This document shows positions 28,788-38,131 of a DNA stretch of 64,000 nucleotides, in pieces. Numbering within the stretch: position 1 is the first letter of the stretch; every line of letters starts with the position of its first letter. The stretch comes from a virus (Duplodnaviria > Caudoviricetes). The notes below the pieces were generated by a model. The model did not search any database. It was not told the origin of the DNA and saw only the letters and a program-made list of their open reading frames with translations. The stretch lies in the IMG/VR virus record IMGVR_UViG_2834917809_000007, positions 21,360-85,359 of that record. One strand, written 5' to 3'. Made by a program: the position numbers and the translations under genes.

Positions 28788-29297
28788 ATGTTTGATTATC
28801 GCGTTTCCAAACATCCTCACTTTGATGAAGCTTGCCGCGTTTTCGCACTGCGTCACAACATGGCGAAGCTGGCAGACCGCGCAGGAATAAAGGTCCAGAC
28901 GCTGCGCAACAAGCTTAACCCTGAGCAGCCCCATCAGCTCACGCCGCCGGAAATCTGGTTACTGACGGATATCACTGAGGACTCCACGCTGGTTGATGGT
29001 TTCTTGGCTCAAATTCATTGCCTGCCGTGCGTTCCTACGAACGAAGTGGCAAAAGAAAAACTTCCGCATTACGTCATGAGCGCGACAGCTGAAATTGGTC
29101 GTGTGGCTGCAGGTGCTGTTTCCGGTGAAGTAGGGACTACAGCTGGCCGCCGTGATGTGATCAGCAGCATCAACTCTGTCACCCGCCTTATGGCGTTGGC
29201 TGCGATCTCCATGCAGGCACGTCTGCAGGCTAACCCAGCTATGGCTAGCACTATTGATACGGTTACAGGTATCAGTGCGACTTTCGGGTTTATGTGA
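28788..29297 (+). CDS. cII: CII activator (186 type)
   Basis: MFDYRVSKHPHFDEAC...LRNKLNPEQPHQLT. Confidence 0.9.
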   Translation: MFDYRVSKHPHFDEACRVFALRHNMAKLADRAGIKVQTLRNKLNPEQPHQLTPPEIWLLTDITEDSTLVDGFLAQIHCLPCVPTNEVAKEKLPHYVMSATAEIGRVAAGAVSGEVGTTAGRRDVISSINSVTRLMALAAISMQARLQANPAMASTIDTVTGISATFGFM

Positions 29298-29304
29298 GGT
29301 GGTC

Positions 29305-29529
29305 ATGCTGAAAAATGAACCTTCTTTTGCCTCGCTGCTGAAAAAGCAAAGTCCGGCAATGCACTACGGCCACGGCTGGATTGCAGGAGATAACGGCAAG
29401 CGCTGGCACCCATGCCGCGATCAGTCCGAATTATTAAACGGGCTGAAAACAAAAACGGCGAAGCCGTTAGCTTTTTTAATTATTCGCATTTTTCGCTTGG
29501 TTATGAAAGGAGTGAAACATGTCTCGTAA
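29305..29529 (+). CDS. Early protein, Fil-like
   Basis: EPSFASLL...HYGHGWI pattern common in 186-like early operons. Confidence 0.7.
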   Translation: MLKNEPSFASLLKKQSPAMHYGHGWIAGDNGKRWHPCRDQSELLNGLKTKTAKPLAFLIIRIFRLVMKGVKHVS

Positions 29530-29719
29530 TGACCTGAGAATTATTCTAGGCGTAATCATCCCAAATATGGCTGATGGTTTTGAAATTAAAACCCGTGACG
29601 GTGCTGTTTTGCGTGTCGATCCTGAATGGGATTGCTGCAAGGCATTTAAAGAAGGGTTGCAGACTGAAATCATTAACCAGCTTAAAAGTATGCCGGTCCC
29701 TGTTTCTGGATATATCTAA
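29519..29719 (+). CDS. Early hypothetical protein
   Basis: 66-aa ORF with RBS, overlapping the previous gene. Confidence 0.6.
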   Translation: MSRNDLRIILGVIIPNMADGFEIKTRDGAVLRVDPEWDCCKAFKEGLQTEIINQLKSMPVPVSGYI

Positions 29720-29788
29720 GTAATTAATCCGTTTTTTATGGCGTAAACCCGCCGGGCATTTTTTTGCCCGAATTCTGAGGAAATAAAT

Positions 29789-30022
29789 ATGAAAAATACC
29801 AAAACCCACTCAACGAAAACAGGCCCAGACGATGCTGGCCTGTTCGCTTTATTGAATGAAACGCGCCTGGATGAGCGCCGTTGCCGCGCTGATGCAATGG
29901 CGGCTCGTCTGGATAGTCTGGCCGTGCGCATCGTTTCCCGTCAGTTGAGCCATATCGAGGCGGCCGAACTGCTTCGTGTTGAAGCGGTACGCATCCAGAA
30001 CGAAGCGCAGGAGCTGCATTAA
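29789..30022 (+). CDS. Early protein (DUF2732-like)
   Basis: LLNETRLDERR...AAELLR pattern. Confidence 0.7.
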   Translation: MKNTKTHSTKTGPDDAGLFALLNETRLDERRCRADAMAARLDSLAVRIVSRQLSHIEAAELLRVEAVRIQNEAQELH

Positions 30023-30249
30023 TGGCTGATTCAATGGACCTCGCCCAGTTGCGCGAACAGGAAGATCGTGAGCGCCATATCAACAATGCCCGCGCCAAAG
30101 CGCCGGGCGTTTCCCGTGTTCTCTGTGCGGAGTGTGATGCTCCGATCCCGCCAGCTCGCCGCCGCGCTATTCCGGGCGTGCAGTGCTGTGTGACCTGTCA
30201 GGAAATCGCAGAGCTAAAAAGCAAACATTACAACGGAGGTGCGTTATGA
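30022..30249 (+). CDS. TraR/DksA C4 zinc-finger protein
   Basis: CAEC...IPPARRRA...CVTCQ. Confidence 0.9.
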   Translation: MADSMDLAQLREQEDRERHINNARAKAPGVSRVLCAECDAPIPPARRRAIPGVQCCVTCQEIAELKSKHYNGGAL

Positions 30250-30560
30250 CCACGCGCGTTCACCAGGTAAAAATCGCTCCGGCTTATTTCAATGCCGTTG
30301 TTACGGGCGAAAAACGTGCAGAGCTTAGGAAGGATGACCGGGGCTATAAAGTCGGTGACGTTCTTTCTTTGTGCGAATGGGACCACGACGGCAAATATAC
30401 CGGCAGAGAATGCGCCGCGATTATTACCCATATTCTGCCAGTAAATGACGTTCTTCCTATGCCGGGAAACTGGATTCCGGGTAGTTGGGTGATGCTTTCA
30501 ATTCGCCCGTTCACAACCGTAGAGGCGCTGGTTCACTTATTCACAGGGAGTCTCAAATGA
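30246..30560 (+). CDS. ASCH/DUF3850-like protein
   Basis: KIAPAYF...[20 protein letters not shown]. Confidence 0.8.
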   Translation: MTTRVHQVKIAPAYFNAVVTGEKRAELRKDDRGYKVGDVLSLCEWDHDGKYTGRECAAIITHILPVNDVLPMPGNWIPGSWVMLSIRPFTTVEALVHLFTGSLK

Positions 30561-31354
30561 GCACTATCCTGAAATGGGCGGGAAACAAAACCGCCATCAT
30601 GTCCGAACTGAAAAAACACCTCCCAGCTGGCCCGCGATTGGTTGAACCTTTCGCGGGTTCCTGTGCTGTGATGATGGCAACAGACTATCCTCATTATCTT
30701 GTCGCGGATATTAACCCTGATTTAATAAATCTATATCGGGATATAGCAACAGACGCATCTGCTTTTATTGAGCGGGCCAAACATCTGTTTAAAATCTTTA
30801 ATAGTGAAGATGGTTATTATGATAGCCGTGATTCATTCAATAACGATAAAGAACCTGAATGGCGCGCGCCGCTTTTTTTATTCTTAAATCGTCACTGTTA
30901 CCGAGGGCTTTGCCGTTATAACAAAAAGGGGGAGTTTAACGTCCCATATGGTAATTATAAAAAACCTTATTTCCCGGAAAGCGAAATCCGCGCTTTTGCA
31001 GAGAAAGCCATTCGTGCAACGTTCATTTGTGCCAGCTATAACGAAACGTTGGGTTTATTGGTGCCTGGCGATGTTGTTTATTGCGATCCGCCTTATGACG
31101 AAACATTTAATGACTATCACACGGAGGGTTTCACCGAATGTGACCAGTATCGTCTGGCCTCAATTCTTGAGCGTCGGTCATCAGAAGGTTATCAGGTGGT
31201 GGTTTCGAACAGCAGCACGTTGCTGACTCGTTCTCTTTATCGTGATTTTAAGCACCACAAAATCACAGCTCCGCGCAACATGGGAGTTAAGGGAGGTGCA
31301 GGAAAGTCTGCGCCAGAAATTATCGCTGTATCGAAGCCGTCCAGAAATGTCTGA
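30557..31354 (+). CDS. dam: Dam-family adenine methyltransferase
   Basis: LKWAGNK, EPFAGS, DPPY motifs. Confidence 0.92.
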   Translation: MSTILKWAGNKTAIMSELKKHLPAGPRLVEPFAGSCAVMMATDYPHYLVADINPDLINLYRDIATDASAFIERAKHLFKIFNSEDGYYDSRDSFNNDKEPEWRAPLFLFLNRHCYRGLCRYNKKGEFNVPYGNYKKPYFPESEIRAFAEKAIRATFICASYNETLGLLVPGDVVYCDPPYDETFNDYHTEGFTECDQYRLASILERRSSEGYQVVVSNSSTLLTRSLYRDFKHHKITAPRNMGVKGGAGKSAPEIIAVSKPSRNV

Positions 31355-33650
31355 TACAGTTTTCCCCTACGCATGGAATGCCCCGCGTCCTGCAATTGGC
31401 GGTTTTAAGCAAGCCGATGCGGCGCCAGGGATCATGTATCTGACGCCGGACGGCAATCGCAAGCATTTGTCGATTGCGGAACTGGCAGAAGCGGATGAAG
31501 CACCAGATCGGGGCCGGGCGGTTCGTCGTCGCCTGGCTTCGCTGCCTCATTTTGTCCGCCGTATGTATGCTCAAAAGCTTGAACAGGTAGACCGTAAAGG
31601 CAAACAAGCGGCTGATGCCTGGCTTATCAATACCTTTGAGCGATTCGTTCTGAGTCGTATAGATCAGGTCAATGAGCAGTATCTGCCGCAGGGGGTGATG
31701 CCTGCGGCTTTGTTGCCTTTGCGTGAACAATTCTGGCGCCTGCTTTGGGCTGGAAAAAAAGAGCTGAAACGGCTGGCGCATAATCTTGCTGACCTGTTGG
31801 GTAGCGAGTTTAACCGCGAGTTTGATTTCCAGATGGCCCGCACGTCCGATCCTCATTTCGCCACCCTGTCAGGTTATGGCCGCATGGGGTTTCTTGCCAA
31901 TCACCTTAAAACACCGGTTCCGTGCTGGACGGCCTACTGCAAAGAAGAGCTGGAGGCGGAAGACGCACTGAAAGCAGTGGCCCGCCTGCAGTCTCCGCAG
32001 TGGTGGCTTAATCGTCTGCGCCGTATGCATGCTCGCTGGCGTGAGCATCTGATGGTTGCCGCCGGGTATGTACACAAAAAATCCGCACCGTACTGCAGTG
32101 ATCCATGCTTGCAGGAATGGACGGCGCAAAAGAAAGCCAACCGCGAATTTCTGAAAGCGATGGAGCTGGAAGATGAGGACACCGGAGAGCGCGTATCGCT
32201 GATTGATAAAGTGGCCGGCAGCGTTGCCAACCCAGCTAACCGTCGTCGTGAGCTGATGGCGCGCATGCGTGGGTTCGAAGATTTAGCGAATGAGGCCGGG
32301 CTGGCCGGGGCGTTCTTCACGCTTACCGCTCCATCCAGATATCACTCAATGCAGTACGACGGGCGCCGGAACAACAAATACAGCGGCGCGTCACCGCGTG
32401 AAACGCAGAAATATCTTTGCAAAGTATGGGCGCGCACGCGTGCGGCCTGGCTGCGCAATGGTATTCGCGTGTTTGGCTTTCGCGTTGTTGAGCCTCACCA
32501 CGACGAAACCCCGCATTGGCACCTCCTGCTTTTCATGCTCCCGGAGCATATCGAACCGGCAACAGCAATCTTTCGCAAGCACGCCATGCGTGAGGATGGG
32601 AATGAGCCTGGCGCCGCTGAAAACCGTTTCGAAATGAAACCCATCGAGAAAGAGAAGGGCAGCGCAACGGGCTATATCGCCAAATACATTTCAAAAAATA
32701 TTGATGGCTATCAGCTTGATGACGATCTGGATGATGAAACCGGCAAGCCTCTGAAAGAAATGGCCCGCCGCGTAAGTGCTTGGGCGTCTCGCTGGGCGAT
32801 CCGTCAGTTCCAGCAAATAGGCGGCGCACCGGTAACTGTGTGGCGTGAATTACGTCGCCTCGGTGATCGTGAGCTGGTCCTGCACCCCGAAATTGAGCCA
32901 GTGCGTCAGGCCGCCGACAGCAGTGCTTGGGATTTGTACGTGAGTGCACAGGGTGGCCCGCTGGTTCCCCGTGATCTCCTGCGCGTGCGCCTCAGCTATG
33001 AAGTCACCGAAAACGGCAACCTTTACGGGGATGACGTCTCCAAAATTTCCGGCGTTTACTCCCCGAGCCGTGGGCCGGAATCGCTGATTCATACGCGCAC
33101 TACCAAATACAAAATTGTGCCGAAACGTCAGGCCGACGGCGTTTCAGGTTTTGACCTTGATTTTTCAGGCGGCCCCGCCGCCCCTCGGAGTTCTGTCAAT
33201 AACTGTACGCGGGAGCCGCGGGAGGTTGAAAAATGCGCCGATCCTGGCGGCACGGTCATGAATGACTGTGCCAGCTGGGCGGATATTGGCTCTTTATCCC
33301 GAAAAGAAAAACGGGTGATAGCGCAGCGGCTGAGCGAAGCGGCAAGGGTAACTAACAAGCGCATAAAAGTGAGGCCAAAGACCAGCTCCATGACAGAGCA
33401 GGAAAAGCAAATTATTGAGCTGCTGGCTCTGCGTGGAGTGGATGCCAGCGCCGGAATGGTCCGTTCGTTGATTTCCGGCGCGGTGGTTGCCTTTGGCGAT
33501 CAGGTGTTAACGGTTGATGAAGGGCGCCTTACTGTCCGTAACCGTACTGCGGCAGGTGTTCAGCGTCTGCCGTCCCAGATTGTGGAGATTAAACAGCAGG
33601 CGGATGAACTTTTGAACCGAATGAAGCGTGCATTTACAGCGCGGAAATAG
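31347..33650 (+). CDS. A: Replication initiation protein A (HUH endonuclease)
   Basis: EPHHDETPHWH and YIAKYISK motifs. Confidence 0.95.
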   Translation: MSDTVFPYAWNAPRPAIGGFKQADAAPGIMYLTPDGNRKHLSIAELAEADEAPDRGRAVRRRLASLPHFVRRMYAQKLEQVDRKGKQAADAWLINTFERFVLSRIDQVNEQYLPQGVMPAALLPLREQFWRLLWAGKKELKRLAHNLADLLGSEFNREFDFQMARTSDPHFATLSGYGRMGFLANHLKTPVPCWTAYCKEELEAEDALKAVARLQSPQWWLNRLRRMHARWREHLMVAAGYVHKKSAPYCSDPCLQEWTAQKKANREFLKAMELEDEDTGERVSLIDKVAGSVANPANRRRELMARMRGFEDLANEAGLAGAFFTLTAPSRYHSMQYDGRRNNKYSGASPRETQKYLCKVWARTRAAWLRNGIRVFGFRVVEPHHDETPHWHLLLFMLPEHIEPATAIFRKHAMREDGNEPGAAENRFEMKPIEKEKGSATGYIAKYISKNIDGYQLDDDLDDETGKPLKEMARRVSAWASRWAIRQFQQIGGAPVTVWRELRRLGDRELVLHPEIEPVRQAADSSAWDLYVSAQGGPLVPRDLLRVRLSYEVTENGNLYGDDVSKISGVYSPSRGPESLIHTRTTKYKIVPKRQADGVSGFDLDFSGGPAAPRSSVNNCTREPREVEKCADPGGTVMNDCASWADIGSLSRKEKRVIAQRLSEAARVTNKRIKVRPKTSSMTEQEKQIIELLALRGVDASAGMVRSLISGAVVAFGDQVLTVDEGRLTVRNRTAAGVQRLPSQIVEIKQQADELLNRMKRAFTARK
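33177..33206 (+). other. Rolling-circle origin inside gene A (nick predicted between 33187 and 33188)
   Basis: GCCGCCCCTCG/GAGTTCTGTCAATAACTGT closely matches the P2 ori. Confidence 0.8.
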
Positions 33651-33801
33651 CCCGTGATCAACATGGTCAGGTCTGACGGTGTGGTACCGAATTGAGCGCT
33701 TCACCGTCAGAAATGACAGTACTGGCCATTCATCGAGTAACGTCATTTTCGACTGTGCTGCAGGTGAATTAAAACGAAATCATGAGTTGAGGAAAACAGA
33801 A

Positions 33802-34497
33802 ATGACCTATCTGGGAAGCAAGGCCGCAAGCGGTGTTTTTCAAAAGATTATTGCGGAAATGCCGCCGCATGATACCTACATTGAGACGCACCTGGGCGGT
33901 GGCGCTGTCATGTTACGTAAGCCACCGGCCCGCCGCAATTGGGGCATTGATATTGATCCCCTGACGGTTGAGGCGTTCTGCCAGGGTAATGCTGATTTCC
34001 TTGATACCGTGGGCGATAGCCTTTTTATCGATGTTGCCGATGCGGTGCAATTTTTAAGGGGCTTCGATTTTGCCTCCGCCGGTCGTGTGCTGATTTACGC
34101 AGACCCCCCCTATTTGCATGAAACGCGCACAAGTGCCGCGCGTTATCGCAATGAATATACCGTTGCCGATCATGAGCGGTTGCTGGCCTGCCTTAAAAGC
34201 CTGCCAAAAAATGCCAGTGTGATTTTGTCCGGCTATCCATCAGCGCTTTATGACGAACTATTAACGGGCTGGCGCCAGAAAGAATTTCAGGCCATGACGC
34301 GTGGCGGTGTGCGCACTGAGAAAATCTGGATGAATTACCCGGAGGGGAGAGCCTACTCGCACACTTTTGCGGGTAAGGATTACAACGACAGGGAGCGCAT
34401 CAAACGTAAGGCGAAGCGCTGGCGCGAAAAGTTCGCAGCTTTGCCCCCCGCTGAGCGACTGGCAATAATGACGGCGCTGAGCGAAGTTAATGATTAG
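33802..34497 (+). CDS. Second adenine methyltransferase (Dam-like class)
   Basis: YLGSK, ETHLGGG, YADPPY motifs; GAGG RBS before ATG 33802. Confidence 0.85.
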   Translation: MTYLGSKAASGVFQKIIAEMPPHDTYIETHLGGGAVMLRKPPARRNWGIDIDPLTVEAFCQGNADFLDTVGDSLFIDVADAVQFLRGFDFASAGRVLIYADPPYLHETRTSAARYRNEYTVADHERLLACLKSLPKNASVILSGYPSALYDELLTGWRQKEFQAMTRGGVRTEKIWMNYPEGRAYSHTFAGKDYNDRERIKRKAKRWREKFAALPPAERLAIMTALSEVND

Positions 34498-34563
34498 CCT
34501 CAGCAAACAGACTCATCTGATTGATTGACAGAAAGTATTTTACAACCTCAATATCATCCTATA

Positions 34564-34579
34564 CTGTATATATAAACAG
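34564..34579 (+). promoter_or_regulatory. LexA box controlling the tum operon
   Basis: CTGTATATATAAACAG, near-perfect consensus. Confidence 0.9.
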
Positions 34580-34657
34580 TGGATATATATACAGCGCGTC
34601 AATATCCCTTCCTGGGGATATTGGCTGGTTTATCCCGTAGTGAGGATAGGAGGGAAA

Positions 34658-34846
34658 ATGCAGGACTATCTTTTGGAGTCGTTGAAGCTCCAGCGTATTG
34701 ATTTCTTTATCAAGCTTGTAGCGGCTAGTGATTGCAGCGAAGAAGAGAAACGGCTTGCAATTCAGTGGGTGTCGGAATTGACAGACGAACTGATGGCAAA
34801 AATTCGTAACCACGAATACAGCCGGACGATGGACGTTATCAATTAA
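34658..34846 (+). CDS. tum: Tum-like SOS antirepressor
   Basis: LLESLKLQRIDFF...LAIQW pattern; LexA box upstream as in phage 186. Confidence 0.8.
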   Translation: MQDYLLESLKLQRIDFFIKLVAASDCSEEEKRLAIQWVSELTDELMAKIRNHEYSRTMDVIN

Positions 34847-34858
34847 AAGGGGGTCTCT

Positions 34859-35092
34859 ATGCGCATTGAAATAATGATCGATAAAGAGCAAAAGATAAGC
34901 CAGACTACACTGGAGGCCCTTGAATCCGAACTGTACCGAAATTTGCGCCCTCTTTATCCAAAAACGGCAATCCGCATACGTAAGGGAAGCGCTAATGGCC
35001 TGGAGCTGAGCGGCTTAAAACTGGACGAAGATAAGAAGCAAGTAATGGAGATTTTGCAGCAGGTTTGGGAAGACGACAGCTGGCTGCATTAA
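34859..35092 (+). CDS. DinI-like protein
   Basis: MRIEIMIDK...QQVWEDDSW. Confidence 0.85.
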   Translation: MRIEIMIDKEQKISQTTLEALESELYRNLRPLYPKTAIRIRKGSANGLELSGLKLDEDKKQVMEILQQVWEDDSWLH

Positions 35093-35097
35093 GGAAC

Positions 35098-35133
35098 GTT
35101 GCTGGCGTCAGGGCCTGAGTCTGACGTCAGCAA
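35098..35133 (+). terminator. Stem-loop after the dinI-like gene
   Basis: ttgctggcgtcag...ctgacgtcagcaa. Confidence 0.5.
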
Positions 35134-35222
35134 GGTTTAACAACGAGCAGGGCGAGGCGTTAGCCAATGGCTAGTGAGGCATTAATCAACAATAGAGTGG
35201 AAATGGCTTCAAGTTTTAAATA

Positions 35223-35954
35223 CTAACTTAGGAGAGAGAAATCTAAAGAGTATTTAGCAGTGGATTTTTCTGCTTTATACCATTTAACATGCGACCATTC
35301 TTTTCCTGAAAGTAAAGAACGTATTTCTTCTTTGCTTTCTTCGCTTGTTCTCAAGCCAAAAGCGATAGAGTTTATTGCTTTTGGTTCAAATTTTAATGCC
35401 CCGGATTCTAACTTTATAAGGCGTCGCTCACGCTCATATTTCCAGCCGGAATATTTGGTTCCTAAGATTGAGTGGATTATATCACCAGCAATCTTTTGTA
35501 AGCTATTTTCGCTTGGATGGCTTTCAAAGAATTCAAGTCTATCAATAATACCTTGATAAGGGTAGTTGCTTTGATATTTAATGTTTATGGCATGTATTCT
35601 TGAGCCTTCACCTCTTAATTCCTTTTCTTTAAACCCAATGCAGAACCCTCTATGTTCATCAGCATAATGAGACCACATTAATTGGTTCTTACGTGCTCGG
35701 CTTAAAGCACAAACACCATATGTGCTAATTGACTCTTTTAGGGCTTTCTGAAATTTCAACTTCAAATTCAGCGGTAGTTCTTTCCGGGCCCATACTGCAG
35801 CTAAAACATCAGGAAAGGAGGTTTCAGCTTCGAAGGGGTCATTAAACGTATTCGCAGTGGCGAACCATAATTCACGCTCGCGAAGAACACGTAATCCATC
35901 ATCTTTGCAGTTTCGATATTTAAATAAAACTCTATTGTTTGCCATGCTATTCAT
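35223..35954 (-). CDS. DUF2971-like protein (AT-rich cargo)
   Basis: LFKYR, FNDPFE, LMWSHYA, WKYERERR motifs. Confidence 0.8.
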   Translation of the reverse strand: MNSMANNRVLFKYRNCKDDGLRVLRERELWFATANTFNDPFEAETSFPDVLAAVWARKELPLNLKLKFQKALKESISTYGVCALSRARKNQLMWSHYADEHRGFCIGFKEKELRGEGSRIHAINIKYQSNYPYQGIIDRLEFFESHPSENSLQKIAGDIIHSILGTKYSGWKYERERRLIKLESGALKFEPKAINSIAFGLRTSEESKEEIRSLLSGKEWSHVKWYKAEKSTAKYSLDFSLLS

Positions 35955-36010
35955 TTTGATTTAGCACCCTTTTCAAACTGAATGAATGTACTTTCTCATG
36001 TCTAAAGATC

Positions 36011-36112
36011 TATACTCAAGTAACTTCAAGATGCAGGATGTGAGCACATAAACAAGTTAGTGCAACTGGGTTCTGGGTTCATGCTCCTGCAACTTGAAGT
36101 ATGATGGGTATA
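36011..36112. repeat. ERIC/IRU element (shortened)
   Basis: Imperfect palindrome TATACTCAAGTAACTTCAAGATGCAGG...CCTGCAACTTGAAGTATGATGGGTATA with ERIC-type termini. Confidence 0.7.
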
Positions 36113-36117
36113 AATGT

Positions 36118-36474
36118 TCAGGGCTTACATTCATAAATCACCCCATCTTCATAGTCATTGTTACCAGTTTTTCTTGTGACAAATATTTCCGCGTCTCTGT
36201 CTCTTAGCGTCAGAAAAAGCACGCGACTTTCCTTCTGCCTCTCTTCTTGTTGAGTAGAAAACAAGGTTTTCAAATTCCCAGATTCTATTTTTGACTCCAC
36301 CTTCGTAAAAATGGCGCTGTCAAACTCGAGCAATCCTTTATTTGACGGGCTGCTGAAAACATACGCCACTCTTACCGTGCCATCCTTTCGGCTGACACAC
36401 TCCAGCTTTGGTGGTTGTGCTGCGGCAGAAAATGACAGAAAAAGTATTACTGAAAAAATTTTTTTGAATATCAT
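36118..36474 (-). CDS. Small secreted protein (signal peptide, two Cys)
   Basis: MIFKKIFSVILFLSFSAAA/Q signal peptide; one Cys near each end of the mature chain. Confidence 0.7.
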   Translation of the reverse strand: MIFKKIFSVILFLSFSAAAQPPKLECVSRKDGTVRVAYVFSSPSNKGLLEFDSAIFTKVESKIESGNLKTLFSTQQEERQKESRVLFLTLRDRDAEIFVTRKTGNNDYEDGVIYECKP

Positions 36475-36511
36475 ATATGCGGCCTAAAAAATACAGTTGT
36501 TGGAATTCAAT

Positions 36512-36541
36512 CATCCAGCATCTTGAAGTTACTTGGGTATA
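36512..36541. repeat. Solo ERIC terminus
   Basis: Inverted copy of 36011-36040 (28/30 identical), ending GGGTATA. Confidence 0.65.
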
Positions 36542-36815
36542 GTACGGCATTTATACACCAAATGTGCAGCGATGGCACTATTCCAGTATAACAATCCTTC
36601 TATAACCAATTTTAAAGAGGTCCAAAAAGTAAACACAACATTGATTGCTTTAAATGCTTGGACGTAAGGCGTTTTTTGTTTTGGAGAGTACTGCATGTCT
36701 ATGCTGCATGAATTTGCATGATCGTTTAAGGATCGTTCTAGTCGAGGCCCACCAGTTCTGGCGGGCTTTTGCTTATATCGTGCAGGTGCATGAAAACCAC
36801 TGCGTAAAGCAGGCA

Positions 36816-36834
36816 GGCGTGGCGGGGCTACGAG
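36816..36834 (+). other. cos site (predicted 19-nt cohesive end)
   Basis: GGCGTGGCGGGGCTACGAG; the first 12 nt match the 186/P2 cos pattern; located between cargo and portal. Confidence 0.75.
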
Positions 36835-37030
36835 CGCGCGGTTTTGGTGTTAATCGTGGTTTTGGCGCCTCAATGTTTGGCGGGCATGGTCATTTTTTGG
36901 GGGCTGGTCGTGCGCGCCTGCGCCGTGGTGAGGCGCTGCGTTTAATCGTGAGGCGTCATGTGAGTGAAGGGCAAGAGCGCGCAGCGAGGCGCTGAGACGC
37001 TCTGGTGGTGTGAGTGTATGTAAGGGAATA

Positions 37031-37056
37031 AAAAACCGCCCGGAGAAGGGCGGTTG
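37031..37056 (-). terminator. Terminator of the terminase-portal transcript
   Basis: aaccgccc...gggcggtt hairpin with a T run on the minus strand. Confidence 0.6.
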
Positions 37057-37081
37057 TTATCAAAGGTTGACCAGCTGAGCG

Positions 37082-38131
37082 TCAGTCTTCATCGGTCAGG
37101 TATGGATTAAAGCGTATCACTTCATCACCCAGCCACTCGTTAACTTCTGTAATGCGGCCCTGCAATGGTGTCAGCTCGTTGCGTACGAAAACGCGCGCCG
37201 CTTTTTCAACATCGCCGAACCCGCCGGTATTCGTTGGTATAATCCCCATCAGCTGCGGCGGCACGCGGTGAGCTGCCAGCATGTCATCACGGCTCACATT
37301 CTTGATGTTTAAAAACTCATCTTTCGCGGCGACCTCTGACAGTGGGATGATCTGAATGCCGTCTTTCTTGCCGTTCGGGCTGTACATAAACAGGTTGCGG
37401 AAGTTGCCCGGTCCTTTCGATTTTTTAAGTGCTTCGCGTATGTTGTCCACGTCTTTCTGATCGGCGGCGGGGTCGCTCATGTACATGATGAAACCAGCAT
37501 GGCTACCGTTGAGGTAATACTTACGGCGAAACAGCGTGGCCGATTCATTCAGCAGGGCGGAAGGAATGGCGGAGAGGTATTCCGGCATTCCGTAAAGCTC
37601 CTGGTTAACGTCAGGTTCCATCAGATGGAACACGCTTCCCTCATCGAACTGATAGGGCTGTGAGTTGTGACCATACTGCGCAAACCAGTATGTGTCCGGG
37701 TCGATGCCACGGCGGGTATATTTGGCAAGCGAGGCGCGCAACTCCATGATCTGGCCTAACCGATTTAATCGTTTTTCAAGGTAGGCGTTACCAAATACCA
37801 GAAAGTCCTGGGCGAACCGGGAAAAGGCTTGTTTAGACAGCCAGCGGTGAGGGATGAAGGTACTGGTAAGAATATTGCGTTTTACCTGAATGGCGCTGGA
37901 GTGATGCACGGCGGCGCGGTAAGTTCGCGCCAGGCCATCCATGCTGATCGGTGGTTCGTACCAGCGGTCCACCTGCACGCACTCCAGGTAATCAAACAAC
38001 TCCCGGCGGTCCATGACGGGGATCGGATCGCCAAACGTAAACGCCTCCGCATGTGCATTACTGACCATATTGGTCGTATCGGCGGCGGTCTTGCCGCGCG
38101 GTGCCTTGCTGCGTTTTTTGCGGTTAGCCAT
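37082..38131 (-). CDS. Q: Portal protein
   Basis: P2 gpQ motifs (WYEPPIS, HRVPPQLMG). Confidence 0.95.
   Translation of the reverse strand: MANRKKRSKAPRGKTAADTTNMVSNAHAEAFTFGDPIPVMDRRELFDYLECVQVDRWYEPPISMDGLARTYRAAVHHSSAIQVKRNILTSTFIPHRWLSKQAFSRFAQDFLVFGNAYLEKRLNRLGQIMELRASLAKYTRRGIDPDTYWFAQYGHNSQPYQFDEGSVFHLMEPDVNQELYGMPEYLSAIPSALLNESATLFRRKYYLNGSHAGFIMYMSDPAADQKDVDNIREALKKSKGPGNFRNLFMYSPNGKKDGIQIIPLSEVAAKDEFLNIKNVSRDDMLAAHRVPPQLMGIIPTNTGGFGDVEKAARVFVRNELTPLQGRITEVNEWLGDEVIRFNPYLTDED

Noticed and set aside
36654-36995. 113-aa ORF between cargo and portal
   Set aside because: Runs across the cos region; TTG start without RBS; low-complexity Arg/Gly content
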